A DNA stretch of 64,000 nt, from assembly GCA_963818475.1 (NCBI GenBank), contig CAWFSF010000003.1, positions 1-64,000 on the forward strand, given 5' to 3'. The notes under the pieces were generated by a model. That model was not told the origin of the DNA. It did no database searches and saw only the letters and a program-made list of their open reading frames with translations. Shown in pieces: positions 50,305 through 59,767 of this stretch; the first letter of the stretch is position 1; the number at the start of each line of letters is the position of its first letter. The translations under genes and the position numbers were made by a program. This DNA comes from Nitrospirota bacterium. Lineage in GTDB: Bacteria; Nitrospirota; UBA9217.

Positions 50305-51362
50305 TTTTCACCTTTGCTGTAGCAGGCAAGAAACTGACGACAGGCGGCAAGTTTCTCCTTGCGGCAGCGATTGCCCAGAAGGCCGTAATGTCTGATTTTC
50401 ACGAACCGGTCAGGAAGGACGTGAAGGAGGAACCGCCGGATGAACTCCTCGGCTTTCAGGGGCATGATTTTGGTTTTGTTCCCGTCCGCGTAGTCGCGCC
50501 ACCGGAAAGAGACTTCATCGTCTTCGAACTTCATAATTCGGTGATTGCTGATCGCGATCCGGTGAGTGTATCTGCCGAGATACTCCAGAACGTCCTTGGT
50601 ATGCTTGAAAGGCGTTTTGCAGTAGACGACCCAGTTCTTCTTGTACAGGTTTGAGATCAGGGCATTAAAGGCCCCCGGCGACGCAAGGTGGCTTACGGCG
50701 CCGGGGTAAATGAGTTTGTTCTCAGCACGGAACTTTTTCAGATAAGCGATAAACTTCCCTCGAAAGAGCTTCGACATCACCTTGACGTGGACGAAGAAGT
50801 CCTTCTTGCATGACTTCCATTTCCGCCCGTCACGGGACAAGCCCCCGCCGGTCACAATGTTGTGGAGATGGGGATGGTCCATGAGGTTTTGTCCCCAGGT
50901 GTGCAGAATACTGATAAACCCGATCAGCGCTCCCAGGCGCTTTGGGTTCGCCGCAAGCTCCAGCAGGGTTTCTGAAACAGCCTTGAATAGAATCCCATAG
51001 AGGGCGTTCTGATTCCGGAGCACAAGGGGATTGAGAGTGTCGGGGATGGTGAAGACGACGTGGAAGTACGGTATGGGAAGCAGGTCCTTTCCCCGGTCTT
51101 CGATCCACCGCTCTTTTTTGAGGAACTGGCACTTGGGGCAATGACGGTTTCTGCAGGAGTTGTACGAGATCACCTTTGTGCCGCAGTGCTCGCACTCATC
51201 CACATGGCCGCCTTGATCGACGGTGCGGCAGGTCTCGATCGATCGCATGGCGCGAAGACGATTTAGGGGCATGGGATGAGCGTGGCGGTAATCAGGACCG
51301 TACCGGCGAAAGATGTCGGCAACCTCGAGCTGTCGGCTATCCCGCGTGAACACGGCGGACAC
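50301..51362 (-). CDS. IS91-family (Y2/HUH) transposase with N-terminal Zn-binding domain
   Basis: YNSCRNRHCPKC, HVVFT, LHTWG..HPHLH, YLGRYTHR, RFLLHVLP and RHYG. Confidence 0.92.
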   Translation of the reverse strand: MSAVFTRDSRQLEVADIFRRYGPDYRHAHPMPLNRLRAMRSIETCRTVDQGGHVDECEHCGTKVISYNSCRNRHCPKCQFLKKERWIEDRGKDLLPIPYFHVVFTIPDTLNPLVLRNQNALYGILFKAVSETLLELAANPKRLGALIGFISILHTWGQNLMDHPHLHNIVTGGGLSRDGRKWKSCKKDFFVHVKVMSKLFRGKFIAYLKKFRAENKLIYPGAVSHLASPGAFNALISNLYKKNWVVYCKTPFKHTKDVLEYLGRYTHRIAISNHRIMKFEDDEVSFRWRDYADGNKTKIMPLKAEEFIRRFLLHVLPDRFVKIRHYGLLGNRCRKEKLAACRQFLACYSKGEK

Positions 51363-51374
51363 CGCGTGCGCTGG

Positions 51375-52232
51375 CTACGAGGTCTGTGGAGGATTTGAGA
51401 AGGGATCTGAGTCCAGCGGGCTCACAATCTTTGAAAGGTGCTTTTTGCTCACGTGAAGGTAGATGGTGGTCGTTCTTACCGACGCATGGCCCAGGAGCAG
51501 TTGAATATAGTGCAGATCAGCGCCCGCCTCCAGCAAGTGCGTGGCGAAACTGTGCCGGAGCGTGTGACAGCTTACGGGTTTCGTGATACCGGCTTTAGTT
51601 TTTGCTCGCTTAAACGCAACCTGGATATAGCTGACAGAAACGTAGTGCTCCGGATTTTCACCCGGGAAGAGCCACTGTTTGGGATGGTATTTTTTCCAGT
51701 AGTCCCGGAGCGTTTCCAAGGCAACTTGCGACAAAAGGGTGTATCGGTCCTTCTTCCCTTTGCCCTGATCCACGCGTATTAGCATGCGGCTGCTGTCGAT
51801 GTCCGTGATCTTAAGCCGGGCGGTCTCGCTCGCCCGGAGTCCTGCGGAGTATGTCACCATCAACATCACGCGCTGCTTCAGGCTGGGTGCGGCTTCGAAT
51901 AAGGACAGCACCTCGTCCCGCTCGAGAACGATGGGAAGTGTTTTGGCGCTCTTTGGATAGGGAATCCTGTCCATCACCCAACCTTTGCCAAGCGTTGTCT
52001 CGAAAAGAAACCTCAGCGCGCTGTAGGTTATCTTCAGGGTAGATTGGGATACTTTCTTGTCCCGGACGAGGTAGAGCAGGTACGCTTTGACATCTCCGTC
52101 TTCCAAAAGGTTGGGCGGCTTTTTGAAATGGCGTTCCATGTCGCGCGCCGCCCGGTGATACAATGACTGCGTCTTTGGGGCCAATCCCCGAAGCACCATG
52201 TCGCCTTGCATCTGTTCTTTGTACGTCTCCAT
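51375..52232 (-). CDS. Tyrosine recombinase (XerD/IntI-related, no IntI-specific insertion seen)
   Basis: GLRASE, GKGKKDR, HTLRHSFATHLLE and LLGH...TTTIY; 285 aa. Confidence 0.92.
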   Translation of the reverse strand: METYKEQMQGDMVLRGLAPKTQSLYHRAARDMERHFKKPPNLLEDGDVKAYLLYLVRDKKVSQSTLKITYSALRFLFETTLGKGWVMDRIPYPKSAKTLPIVLERDEVLSLFEAAPSLKQRVMLMVTYSAGLRASETARLKITDIDSSRMLIRVDQGKGKKDRYTLLSQVALETLRDYWKKYHPKQWLFPGENPEHYVSVSYIQVAFKRAKTKAGITKPVSCHTLRHSFATHLLEAGADLHYIQLLLGHASVRTTTIYLHVSKKHLSKIVSPLDSDPFSNPPQTS

Positions 52233-52592
52233 TGCACAATCTCCTTCCGCTGAATAGAAATTCCAACGGCATGACGCCGCTGGTGTTGCGAAAGAAGATT
52301 GTAAAATGACTGGGATTGAGTTGCAAGATTTTGGGGAAGTAATTTCGAATGAGACTCGTGCGATGGGATTACAGCGAAAAGCAGCGGAAAGTGAAAAGCA
52401 CCGCCGCGTAGCGGCTTAGTTCAACAAGTTATTGACTATCCCCTTGTTTTTAGGTCTTTACTATGGGGGATAGTAAAGCACGGATTTCCGTTCTTTACCA
52501 GTTTAGCAATGAACATGCCAAAGCTCTCGAATTAGTATGCATGACTATATGCTTGATCTATGTCGATGTCAACGAAACCGATGGGGTAATTT

Positions 52593-54002
52593 AGTCAACC
52601 CAAAGTAGAAATGTACCTACTCTTACCAAGATAGAAATGTCCGCTTTAGGAAGCAATTGGAAATTGTACATTTGCTCTGCGGAGTCTCTTCCATGGATGA
52701 TCTGATGGTTGATACCGACTTGTCGGTTTCTTATTGACTGCCGGTGTTTTAGGGTTTTCTTTCGCTGGCCGTGTTTTGATCTCCCGATATGTTAATTCCA
52801 AGCCCCTGTGAGTGATATGCAGAGATCCATCGAGTCGTTCTTCCACTGCGACCTTTTGAGCTTTATAGCGTCTTTGATCTGGTACAGTTTGCCATTATAC
52901 GCAATGGTGAAATCGTTCCGTAGCGTACGCTCCTCTCGAATGCAGAAGATCTTGTCGAGTTCCCTTATGGATAGCGCGCGTTGGTGTACATCGGCTGCAG
53001 AAACGGGTTTTACCTTGAATTTCGCATTGTATATTGGATGATACTTTATCAGGAATTCGTTTGCCTGCACAACACTGTTTACCCTGGCAAGCCTCATCTC
53101 TTTAACCAATCGATCCTGGAGCGTTCGAAAACTTCTTTCTATCCTGCCTTTTGCCTGGGGTGAATTCGCATGGATGACCGTTACTCCGAGTTCGGTTAGA
53201 CTCCTTTCGAACTGGCTCATGGGTTTTCTATCTTCCAACTCATCCTCGATGCTCTGCTTGGCATTGGATTTATACGTTGAGTGCTTGTCCAAATAGACAC
53301 TCTGTGGAATGCCGTAGCGCTTGATATACCGCTTGAAGCTATCCATGGCTGGCATGGTCCCCTCATAATCATAAAAGCGCCCATACACCGTTCCTGTGGC
53401 ATCATCGATATATCCCATTAATACGCTCTCAGGACCCCGGCCTTCGAACCAGGCATGATGGGAGCCATCCATCTGGAGCATTTCACCAAAATGATGCTTC
53501 CTCTCGCGCCATTGCCGGTGCTTTCTACCCTTGCGCTTCTCATAAGGGATGCTTTCCTGATTAAGCCATAGACGGAGGGTTTCGTCGCTTAGCTTGATTT
53601 CATGAACATCAAGAAGCTTTTCGCAGGCAAAGGTGGGGCCAAAATCACTGTATTTCTCCCGATACAGCTTGAGTGCCTTGTCTTTGTACCTTCTGAGGGA
53701 ATCGACGATTCGAGGTTTTGCCGCGGGATCGGTGACTGATGCCGTCGTCTCCCTCCTTCCGTACTCGTTTGAGTATCCGTCGAATCTGCCTGCTGCTCAA
53801 GCCTACAAGTTCAGCAGCTGTCTTCTGCGTGATCCTTTTATCCAATGCTTGGTGGATAATGTGCAGTCTTTTTGTTTCTCTCCTGCTCATAGTGATCATG
53901 TCCATTTCTGTCACAGTACCCTCCAATTACATCAGGGTATTGTAACTTAGAATAGGACATTTCTACTTTGGGAGAATAGGACATTATCATTTTGGGAGTA
54001 CA
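52593..54002 (-). mobile_element. IS1202-family element, copy 3; transposase (52646..53926) frameshifted; 20-21-bp TSD
   Basis: Near-identical to 816..2225; CGAAACCGATGGGGTAATTTA at 52573..52593 and 54003..54023. Confidence 0.9.
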
Positions 54003-54187
54003 CGAAACCGATGGGGTAATTTAAGGGTAATACAACGGATACGGATTGTAACATGAGAGGTTTCGATGAAGTGCAACTTCAATGACTTCAGGAAGAACTG
54101 ACCGCCGCACGTTTTTCCAAAAAATTTGGAAAAGGCGTCAGGGAGGTCAAGGGAGCAGTTCAATTCCGGCTGCTGATTTCTCTACCA

Positions 54188-55087
54188 TTAATAGCTGTAT
54201 CTTAGTCCCAGGCTGACGATATTATCGGTAGTGTTCGTGCCCGGCACGTTAGAATCGCTTGCCTGGTGGCCGTACTGCGCGTCCACAAACCATTTTTCCA
54301 GGAAATTATGTTCCAGACCGACTGATACCGTGTTGGCGGTCACCTTGAAATCCGAAGGCTCGTCATAGCTCCGAGCGAGGTAACTATACCCGAGAAGGAC
54401 CGTCGTTTTCGGCAGGACTACATACCCGGCCCAGATGCTGACCGCGTTGCCGCTGTAGCTGAAAAGAGCGGAATCCGCATGGTCCTTTTCGTATACGTAA
54501 CCTTCCTTCAACCAGAACAACGCACTCAACTTCTCCTTAAGCGTGAGGGACGCACCGTAAGCGGTACTGTCGCGCTGTGAATCGCCGAATCGTTTGAGCA
54601 GTCCGTTGACCGCGACCCTGGCTGTCACCATCTCGCCGAACCCTTTATTGAGCCCGGCGCTCAATCCGCCGATCGTGGAATTGAACTCGGTAAAGCTGCT
54701 GTAGGACGTGCGTTCCGCGCTCCCGGTCAGGAACAGGGACGTGGCCTCTGCGATCATCCTGGATGCTCCCAGGTCCGCGAAGAGCACGACCGATGTATCA
54801 CTGTTCGACGTCGAACTCGATCCGGTATAGGAAGGCCCCATCGGTCCCATTACCCCGGCAACACCCATCATCGATCCCCCGGTAGCACCGGGCATGCCTG
54901 CGTAACCGCCGCGCTTGTCGGACAGAAGTCCCACAACGTTATCTTCGTAGACCCCTTTGATCGCTGCATTATAGTAGATTTCCGCGTGCACGGCAGGCGT
55001 GAAAAGAACGTTAAGGATTACAACGAATAAAATAATTGCAAACTTTTTCGGTGATCGATGGGCTCGCATAGAGTGTTCCTCCTGCAT
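54188..55087 (-). CDS. Outer-membrane beta-barrel protein with a Met/Gly-rich loop
   Basis: Signal peptide, alternating beta strands, C-terminal LGLRYSY; GMPGATGGSMMGVAGVMGPMG. Confidence 0.75.
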   Translation of the reverse strand: MQEEHSMRAHRSPKKFAIILFVVILNVLFTPAVHAEIYYNAAIKGVYEDNVVGLLSDKRGGYAGMPGATGGSMMGVAGVMGPMGPSYTGSSSTSNSDTSVVLFADLGASRMIAEATSLFLTGSAERTSYSSFTEFNSTIGGLSAGLNKGFGEMVTARVAVNGLLKRFGDSQRDSTAYGASLTLKEKLSALFWLKEGYVYEKDHADSALFSYSGNAVSIWAGYVVLPKTTVLLGYSYLARSYDEPSDFKVTANTVSVGLEHNFLEKWFVDAQYGHQASDSNVPGTNTTDNIVSLGLRYSY

Positions 55088-55143
55088 TGTTCACGAATGA
55101 CATTTTTTTGGCCGAATCTGTCATAAGTATAGCAGAGCACAAT

Positions 55144-55180
55144 AAAAAAACAGGCAGCTGCAACAGCGTGCAACTGCCTC
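55144..55180 (-). terminator. Intrinsic terminator
   Basis: Minus strand AGGCAGTTGCA-CGCTGT-TGCAGCTGCCT followed by G and T7. Confidence 0.7.
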
Positions 55181-55214
55181 TTATATCACCTGTTCATGTG
55201 CACACCCTGTACTG

Positions 55215-55895
55215 CTACCGTCTCGAACCTCCCATGCCAGGCCCGGCGCCTGACCCCATTCCAGGGCCGTGGTCCATGCCCGAATCGGTGCCCATGTGGT
55301 CACGGTCGCGTGTCGTGTCCCGGTCATGCTGCATGGTTCTGTCCCGGTCCATGGTCCGCGTCGCGTTTTCCGCGGCCTTGTCAGGAGCGGTCCCGGATTT
55401 TATCTCTCCGGCGTAGGCATTCGTTGCGGCGGTGATCCTGCCGGCTTGGACCCCTTTGTTGATCCCGTTTGACATTATTTGCGACGTCTTGTCAGCCGGT
55501 GCGCCGGCTGCCACGGTCTTGCCAAAGGTGTTCGTCATCTGCACGGTTTCGCGCGCGTTGTACTTGTGCTCTAATGCATCCGCAGCGACCGCGGCCGCGT
55601 CTTTCTTCGCGCCTCCTGCTGTTTCTATGGATCTGGCGATCTCGGCAAGGTCTTTGCCTTTGATTCCCTGGTTGATGGATGCTTCAACCACGCGAAAGGC
55701 GTGCTCAACAGGCACACCCTTGTCAACGAGGCCCTGGAGCGTGGCTGTTGCCTGGGAGTGGTCTTTGGCATCAAGCTTCTTTTCCGTGGACTGCTTATCG
55801 ATATTTGCCCTTGCCTCATCCAGGGTAAGCGCAAACGTCGTTGCTCCGAAGATCAGAATGCTTCCCATCGCAATTACCATCAATATTTTTTTCAT
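55215..55895 (-). CDS. Exported helical-repeat protein with Met/His/Gly-rich tail
   Basis: Signal peptide; repeated GVP.E/GAP.D units; tail HMGTDSGMDHGPGMGSG. Confidence 0.75.
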   Translation of the reverse strand: MKKILMVIAMGSILIFGATTFALTLDEARANIDKQSTEKKLDAKDHSQATATLQGLVDKGVPVEHAFRVVEASINQGIKGKDLAEIARSIETAGGAKKDAAAVAADALEHKYNARETVQMTNTFGKTVAAGAPADKTSQIMSNGINKGVQAGRITAATNAYAGEIKSGTAPDKAAENATRTMDRDRTMQHDRDTTRDRDHMGTDSGMDHGPGMGSGAGPGMGGSRR

Positions 55896-55924
55896 GTCGT
55901 TCTCCTTAAAGGTACAGTCTCTTC

Positions 55925-56842
55925 TTACCGCTTTCCGCCCATGCCGCCCATTCCTCCCATACCGCCTGAATTCGGACTGTGCATGGATCCTGCTCCCGGT
56001 CTTTCCTGCATGTCATGCATCATCTCCCCCCGCTCCATGCGGGAGTTCATGTTGGAAACGACCTCGTTCATCGGGCGATTCTTCCTGAGCTCGCCCACCA
56101 TGTAGCGCTCCATGGTCTCCAGGTCCCGTTCGGAATAGCCCTTGTCCACGGCCGTATGCACCATCTTCGCGGACTGTTCGGCAGTCATGCCGCTGCCCAC
56201 AAAGGTGGTCATCGTATCCACTGCCCGGTTAAACAGTCCGATCGATCCTTTCCGGTCCTTCACTTTTTCGCCCGTCTTCATAACAGCATCCTGCGGGATC
56301 GATTTTTCCAAAGCTCTCGCCACCGCTTCAACTGCATCATCCGATCCTCTTGCACCTGTTGGTCGTATGCCCCCTGTCTCGAGCTTGCTCACGATCGGCC
56401 TGGCTGCTGAGAGGTTGTCGGAAAGCCGCTGGGTAGCACCAACGATCTTCTCTGCAGGCACGCCTTTGGCGAGCCCCTGTTCCACCCGGTCAAGGACGGG
56501 TCGTACCGGCAGGTTCTGTTCCTTTGCCCTGGTTGCGGTTTCAAGGAATTTTTCGACATGCCGGCTCTCTATGCCCTGTTCCAGCCCGCGGGTGATGATG
56601 ATGGAGACATCCTCGGCAGGAACGCCCGCTGCCACTGCCCGGTCGGCTTTTGTCAGGATACCGGACTTCGATTCCCTCGAGAGCTGGGACTTTTCGACTG
56701 AAACCCGAGCGGCTTCGAGATGCTTTGATCCCGCCTCTTCCGCCCTGGCGCATGGCGGTGCTGTCAGAATTGCTGCTGTAGTCAGCAGCAGAGCAGTAAG
56801 GATCTTGAGAACGGCCTTCGTCATTTGTTTCTTCCTTTTCAT
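55925..56842 (-). CDS. Exported helical-repeat protein with Met/Gly-rich tail
   Basis: Signal peptide; GVPAEDV/GVPAEKI repeats; tail MMHDMQ..GGMGGMGGMGG. Confidence 0.75.
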   Translation of the reverse strand: MKRKKQMTKAVLKILTALLLTTAAILTAPPCARAEEAGSKHLEAARVSVEKSQLSRESKSGILTKADRAVAAGVPAEDVSIIITRGLEQGIESRHVEKFLETATRAKEQNLPVRPVLDRVEQGLAKGVPAEKIVGATQRLSDNLSAARPIVSKLETGGIRPTGARGSDDAVEAVARALEKSIPQDAVMKTGEKVKDRKGSIGLFNRAVDTMTTFVGSGMTAEQSAKMVHTAVDKGYSERDLETMERYMVGELRKNRPMNEVVSNMNSRMERGEMMHDMQERPGAGSMHSPNSGGMGGMGGMGGKR

Positions 56843-57498
56843 GTCCTGACCCTCATCACGGCATTTCTATTTCCGAAGCCATCGTCCCGGTAAGTTTCCG
56901 CATTCGGGTCGGTCACCCATGCCTTTCCGTCCACAACGAACATATAGCTGTGTTCCCCCGGTTGCAAGGGTATGCTGATGGTCCAAATTCCGTTTTCCTG
57001 TTTCGTGAGCACGTGTGTGTCGGTCTTCCACTTATTGAACGTGCCTGCGACCGCGACGTGGTGAGCTTCAGGCGCATGCAGGTTCATGGTCACCGTCACG
57101 GCCTGTTCCTGCTGCCGGACCACCGCGGTTTCTATTGGTACGTTCCGGGTGCGAACAGCAAGCGTGAAAACAAGAGCGAAGAGCACCGCAGCCGCAATTG
57201 CTGTGGCCATGTTCCACCTGAGCACCCGGCCCTTGAGCACGAAATCCCGCATGCGCCTTCCCATGGTCGCTTTTCTCGGTTGCAGCCGCCGCATGACCTC
57301 TGCGGTAAAGAAAGGGGGCGCTGCTATCCGCTCGCTCGTCTCAACAGCCCGGACCACCTCCCTCAGGCTGTCGAATTCTTCTTGCAACACAGGATTTGCC
57401 GTGACCTGATCGATCAGTGCCTTCTTTTCATCCGGTCCGAGGTCCCCGTCCAGCAGCCGGTGAATGATTTCCCTATCGAGTTCTTTTTCATCTTTCAT
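56839..57498 (-). CDS. Putative transmembrane anti-sigma factor with extracytoplasmic CBM48/AMPK-type glycogen-binding domain
   Basis: N-terminal IHRLLDGDL anti-sigma-like segment, one TM helix, VAVAGTFNKW..G.HSYMFVVDG..W..DP..DDGFG..N. Confidence 0.82.
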   Translation of the reverse strand: MKDEKELDREIIHRLLDGDLGPDEKKALIDQVTANPVLQEEFDSLREVVRAVETSERIAAPPFFTAEVMRRLQPRKATMGRRMRDFVLKGRVLRWNMATAIAAAVLFALVFTLAVRTRNVPIETAVVRQQEQAVTVTMNLHAPEAHHVAVAGTFNKWKTDTHVLTKQENGIWTISIPLQPGEHSYMFVVDGKAWVTDPNAETYRDDGFGNRNAVMRVRT

Positions 57499-58055
57499 AA
57501 CGTGACCCCCATCCCCTCCAGCAGCTTCCTGAGCATCTCTCTTCCCCGGTGCGCCCGTACTTTGAGAGCGCTGACGGAGACCCCCAGGGAATCGGCGATC
57601 TCCTGAAAATCGAGCCCCTCGATATGCTTCAGGATGATCACCTCGCGGTAGTCAGGGGGCAGCCCGTTCAGCGCTAGCTGGACCGCATCCCCGCTCTGGC
57701 GGCAGGAAGCGGCCTGCTCCGGCGAGCGGTCCGGCCCTGCGACATATTCGCAGATATCATCCACCGGCACGGTCTCCCTGGTGGCCCTGAAATGATCGCG
57801 GCACTTGTTGACCACGATCCGGTACAGCCAGGAAGAGAACCGGGAATTGAACTTAAAATCCCCGAGAGCGTTGTAAGCGGCAATGAAGCTTTCCTGCGCC
57901 ATATCTTTGGCCGCATCCCCGTCTCCCACCATCCGGAAAGCGATATTGTATGCCATGTTCTTATAGGAGTCCATCAGCACGGCATATTGGTCGCTATCGC
58001 CGGCCAGGACCTTCCGGATGATCGCGTATTCTTCTTTCACTCTGTCTGCACTCAT
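57495..58055 (-). CDS. ECF RNA polymerase sigma factor
   Basis: AKDMAQESFI, FSSWLYRIVVN and EIADSLGVSVSALKVRAHRGR. Confidence 0.93.
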   Translation of the reverse strand: MSADRVKEEYAIIRKVLAGDSDQYAVLMDSYKNMAYNIAFRMVGDGDAAKDMAQESFIAAYNALGDFKFNSRFSSWLYRIVVNKCRDHFRATRETVPVDDICEYVAGPDRSPEQAASCRQSGDAVQLALNGLPPDYREVIILKHIEGLDFQEIADSLGVSVSALKVRAHRGREMLRKLLEGMGVTL

Positions 58056-58066
58056 GTAGCACCTAT

Positions 58067-58093
58067 TAGACGATGGTCGCGCGAAAAGGTTAC
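58067..58093 (-). promoter_or_regulatory. ECF-type promoter upstream of the sigma gene
   Basis: Minus strand GTAACC-15 bp-CGTCTA. Confidence 0.7.
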
Positions 58094-58458
58094 TGCCCGG
58101 AAAGTTCTTCTCCCACGAGAAGAACGGAATTCTTCCTGCCGAACCCGTCGTCAACTTCGGGCACAGCGGGGTCCGGCTGCCAGTCTTTTTCGTTTATGAC
58201 GAAGAGGTACTCGTACCGCCCCTCGGCAAGCGGGAGAACTATGCTCCACAAGCCGTTTTTATCCGGTCCGGACAAGCGGTCTTTCCGGGTGTCCCAGGCA
58301 TTGAAACTCCCGGCAATGGCGACGCTTGTTGCCTTCGGCGCATACAAGGTGAACGAAACTCCTTCTTTCGTCATCTCCGGACCCGGATGCTTCGGTACGC
58401 AGGCCGCGAGCAGCGAGCAAAACAACATTGCCGGAATTATGATCAGGCATGGTTTCAT
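58090..58458 (-). CDS. Lipoprotein with a stand-alone CBM48/AMPK-type domain
   Basis: Lipobox LAAC; VAIAGSFNAW, GRYEYLFVINEKDWQPDP and DDGFGRKNS. Confidence 0.85.
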   Translation of the reverse strand: MKPCLIIIPAMLFCSLLAACVPKHPGPEMTKEGVSFTLYAPKATSVAIAGSFNAWDTRKDRLSGPDKNGLWSIVLPLAEGRYEYLFVINEKDWQPDPAVPEVDDGFGRKNSVLLVGEELSGQ

Positions 58459-58563
58459 CGTTTTTTGAAATTTACTCTACTGCTATGATAGCGCCCATGC
58501 CTTGAGGTCGCAAGGCTAATTCATCTTTTGATGACGTTTAAGAAAAACCGGTGGACAAAACAG

Positions 58564-58591
58564 CGGCAGCCGGACCTTTATCCGGCTGCCG
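58564..58591 (-). terminator. Hairpin / probable terminator after the Met-rich lipoprotein
   Basis: CGGCAGCCGGA-N6-TCCGGCTGCCG. Confidence 0.6.
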
Positions 58592-58642
58592 TACACTTAC
58601 GTGAATTGAACAGGATACTCCCGGGAACAGCGCAAGGCCGCC

Positions 58643-59557
58643 TCAGATCGTCCCATTGGTCGTGGTCAGCCGGCTGATGAGCGCCTGCATGTCGGTGGCC
58701 GTCAGCCCTGATTGATTCATGCCTGAGCCCAAAAACGCTGTCATGGCATTCCCCAACCCGCTGGTACCTGCCGTCGACTGCATCATCGTCCCGCCGCCCA
58801 TCATGCTCATTCCGCCGCCCATCGTGATCTGCGTGCTCCCCATCATGCCGTTCATGGTACCGTCGGTGGCATCGTCCATCATTGCGGTCACTATGCCGGA
58901 AGAATCCGGCATTCCGAGGGTCTGGGCTAACTGCGTCATGGCAGCAACGGTCATTCCATAATTTCTCATGTCCTGAGTCGCCCCGGCTCCCGATCCGGCA
59001 ACGAGCGGATTCATCGGCGTCGTGTGGAGAATATCATTGACCATGAAATAATGACCTACTGCCGTGTTCGCGGCTTCACTGTTCGTTGCGGTCATGCCGC
59101 TTGCCATGGTGCTTGCCATTGCCTGGGCCATGGAAGTAAGCGGGGTCACCTGAACTCCGGTCATGGTGGCATTGCTCGCCATCATTGGAATAAGGGCCGT
59201 CATCACGTCATTCGCTCCCATGGGCATCACCGAACCTGTTGCCTCGTCCGTATAGGTCCCGCCGCTCATCAGCAGCATGACCGGACCTGTATAATTATCG
59301 ATGTTCATGCTGAAATTGCCCTGCGTGTCCGTCGTTGCGCTGGCCAGCATAACGCCTTTGGCGCCGTTGTTCACGGCATATGCCATCACCGTACCGCCGC
59401 TCACCGGGCCCTTGACTGCCGTCCCGCTGATCATCCCGGAGCCGGTCGTACCCGGGGTAGTCACACTGCCGCCGCCCCCGCCGCCGCACCCAAAGAGCAT
59501 GAACAGAGAACCGATCATAAGAACGAACACTGCCTGGCTTTTTTTGAATATTTTCAT
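58643..59557 (-). CDS. Very Met-rich lipoprotein
   Basis: Lipobox LFGC + G6; about 39 Met in 304 aa by hand count; GAGGAGG RBS. Confidence 0.85.
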   Translation of the reverse strand: MKIFKKSQAVFVLMIGSLFMLFGCGGGGGGSVTTPGTTGSGMISGTAVKGPVSGGTVMAYAVNNGAKGVMLASATTDTQGNFSMNIDNYTGPVMLLMSGGTYTDEATGSVMPMGANDVMTALIPMMASNATMTGVQVTPLTSMAQAMASTMASGMTATNSEAANTAVGHYFMVNDILHTTPMNPLVAGSGAGATQDMRNYGMTVAAMTQLAQTLGMPDSSGIVTAMMDDATDGTMNGMMGSTQITMGGGMSMMGGGTMMQSTAGTSGLGNAMTAFLGSGMNQSGLTATDMQALISRLTTTNGTI

Positions 59558-59630
59558 TTCAGACCTCCTCAAGTCTATACCCGAATTGTTATTGCATGAT
59601 GGCAATGATCTTTTTGCATCATTCCGAGAT

Positions 59631-59657
59631 TAGACGAAAGCAATCGAGAAAGGTTAC
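59631..59657 (-). promoter_or_regulatory. ECF-type promoter upstream of the Met-rich lipoprotein
   Basis: Minus strand GTAACC-15 bp-CGTCTA, same boxes as 58067..58093. Confidence 0.7.
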
Positions 59658-59703
59658 AGCCAGGACTCTTTTTTTTCCGAACGCCGTTCTAGCCATGCTC
59701 CGG

Positions 59704-59731
59704 GTAACTTTTTCATCGTTTTTTCCGTCTT
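59704..59731 (+). promoter_or_regulatory. Divergent ECF-type promoter
   Basis: GTAACT-16 bp-CGTCTT upstream of the ORF at 59768. Confidence 0.5.
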
Positions 59732-59767
59732 ACGGTAAGATCAATAACACTTGAGGTTTGGAACACT

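Larger units (their letters stand above)
50301..52425 (-). mobile_element. Two-gene element: tyrosine recombinase + IS91-type rolling-circle transposase; 3' end apparently truncated
   Basis: Co-oriented genes 12 bp apart; upstream end marked by CCGCGTAGCGGCTTAGTTCAAC (52404..52425). Confidence 0.7.

Noticed and set aside
51375-52232. Integron integrase IntI
   Set aside because: Only 285 aa, no visible IntI-specific insertion, co-oriented with the cassettes and coupled to an IS91-type transposase.
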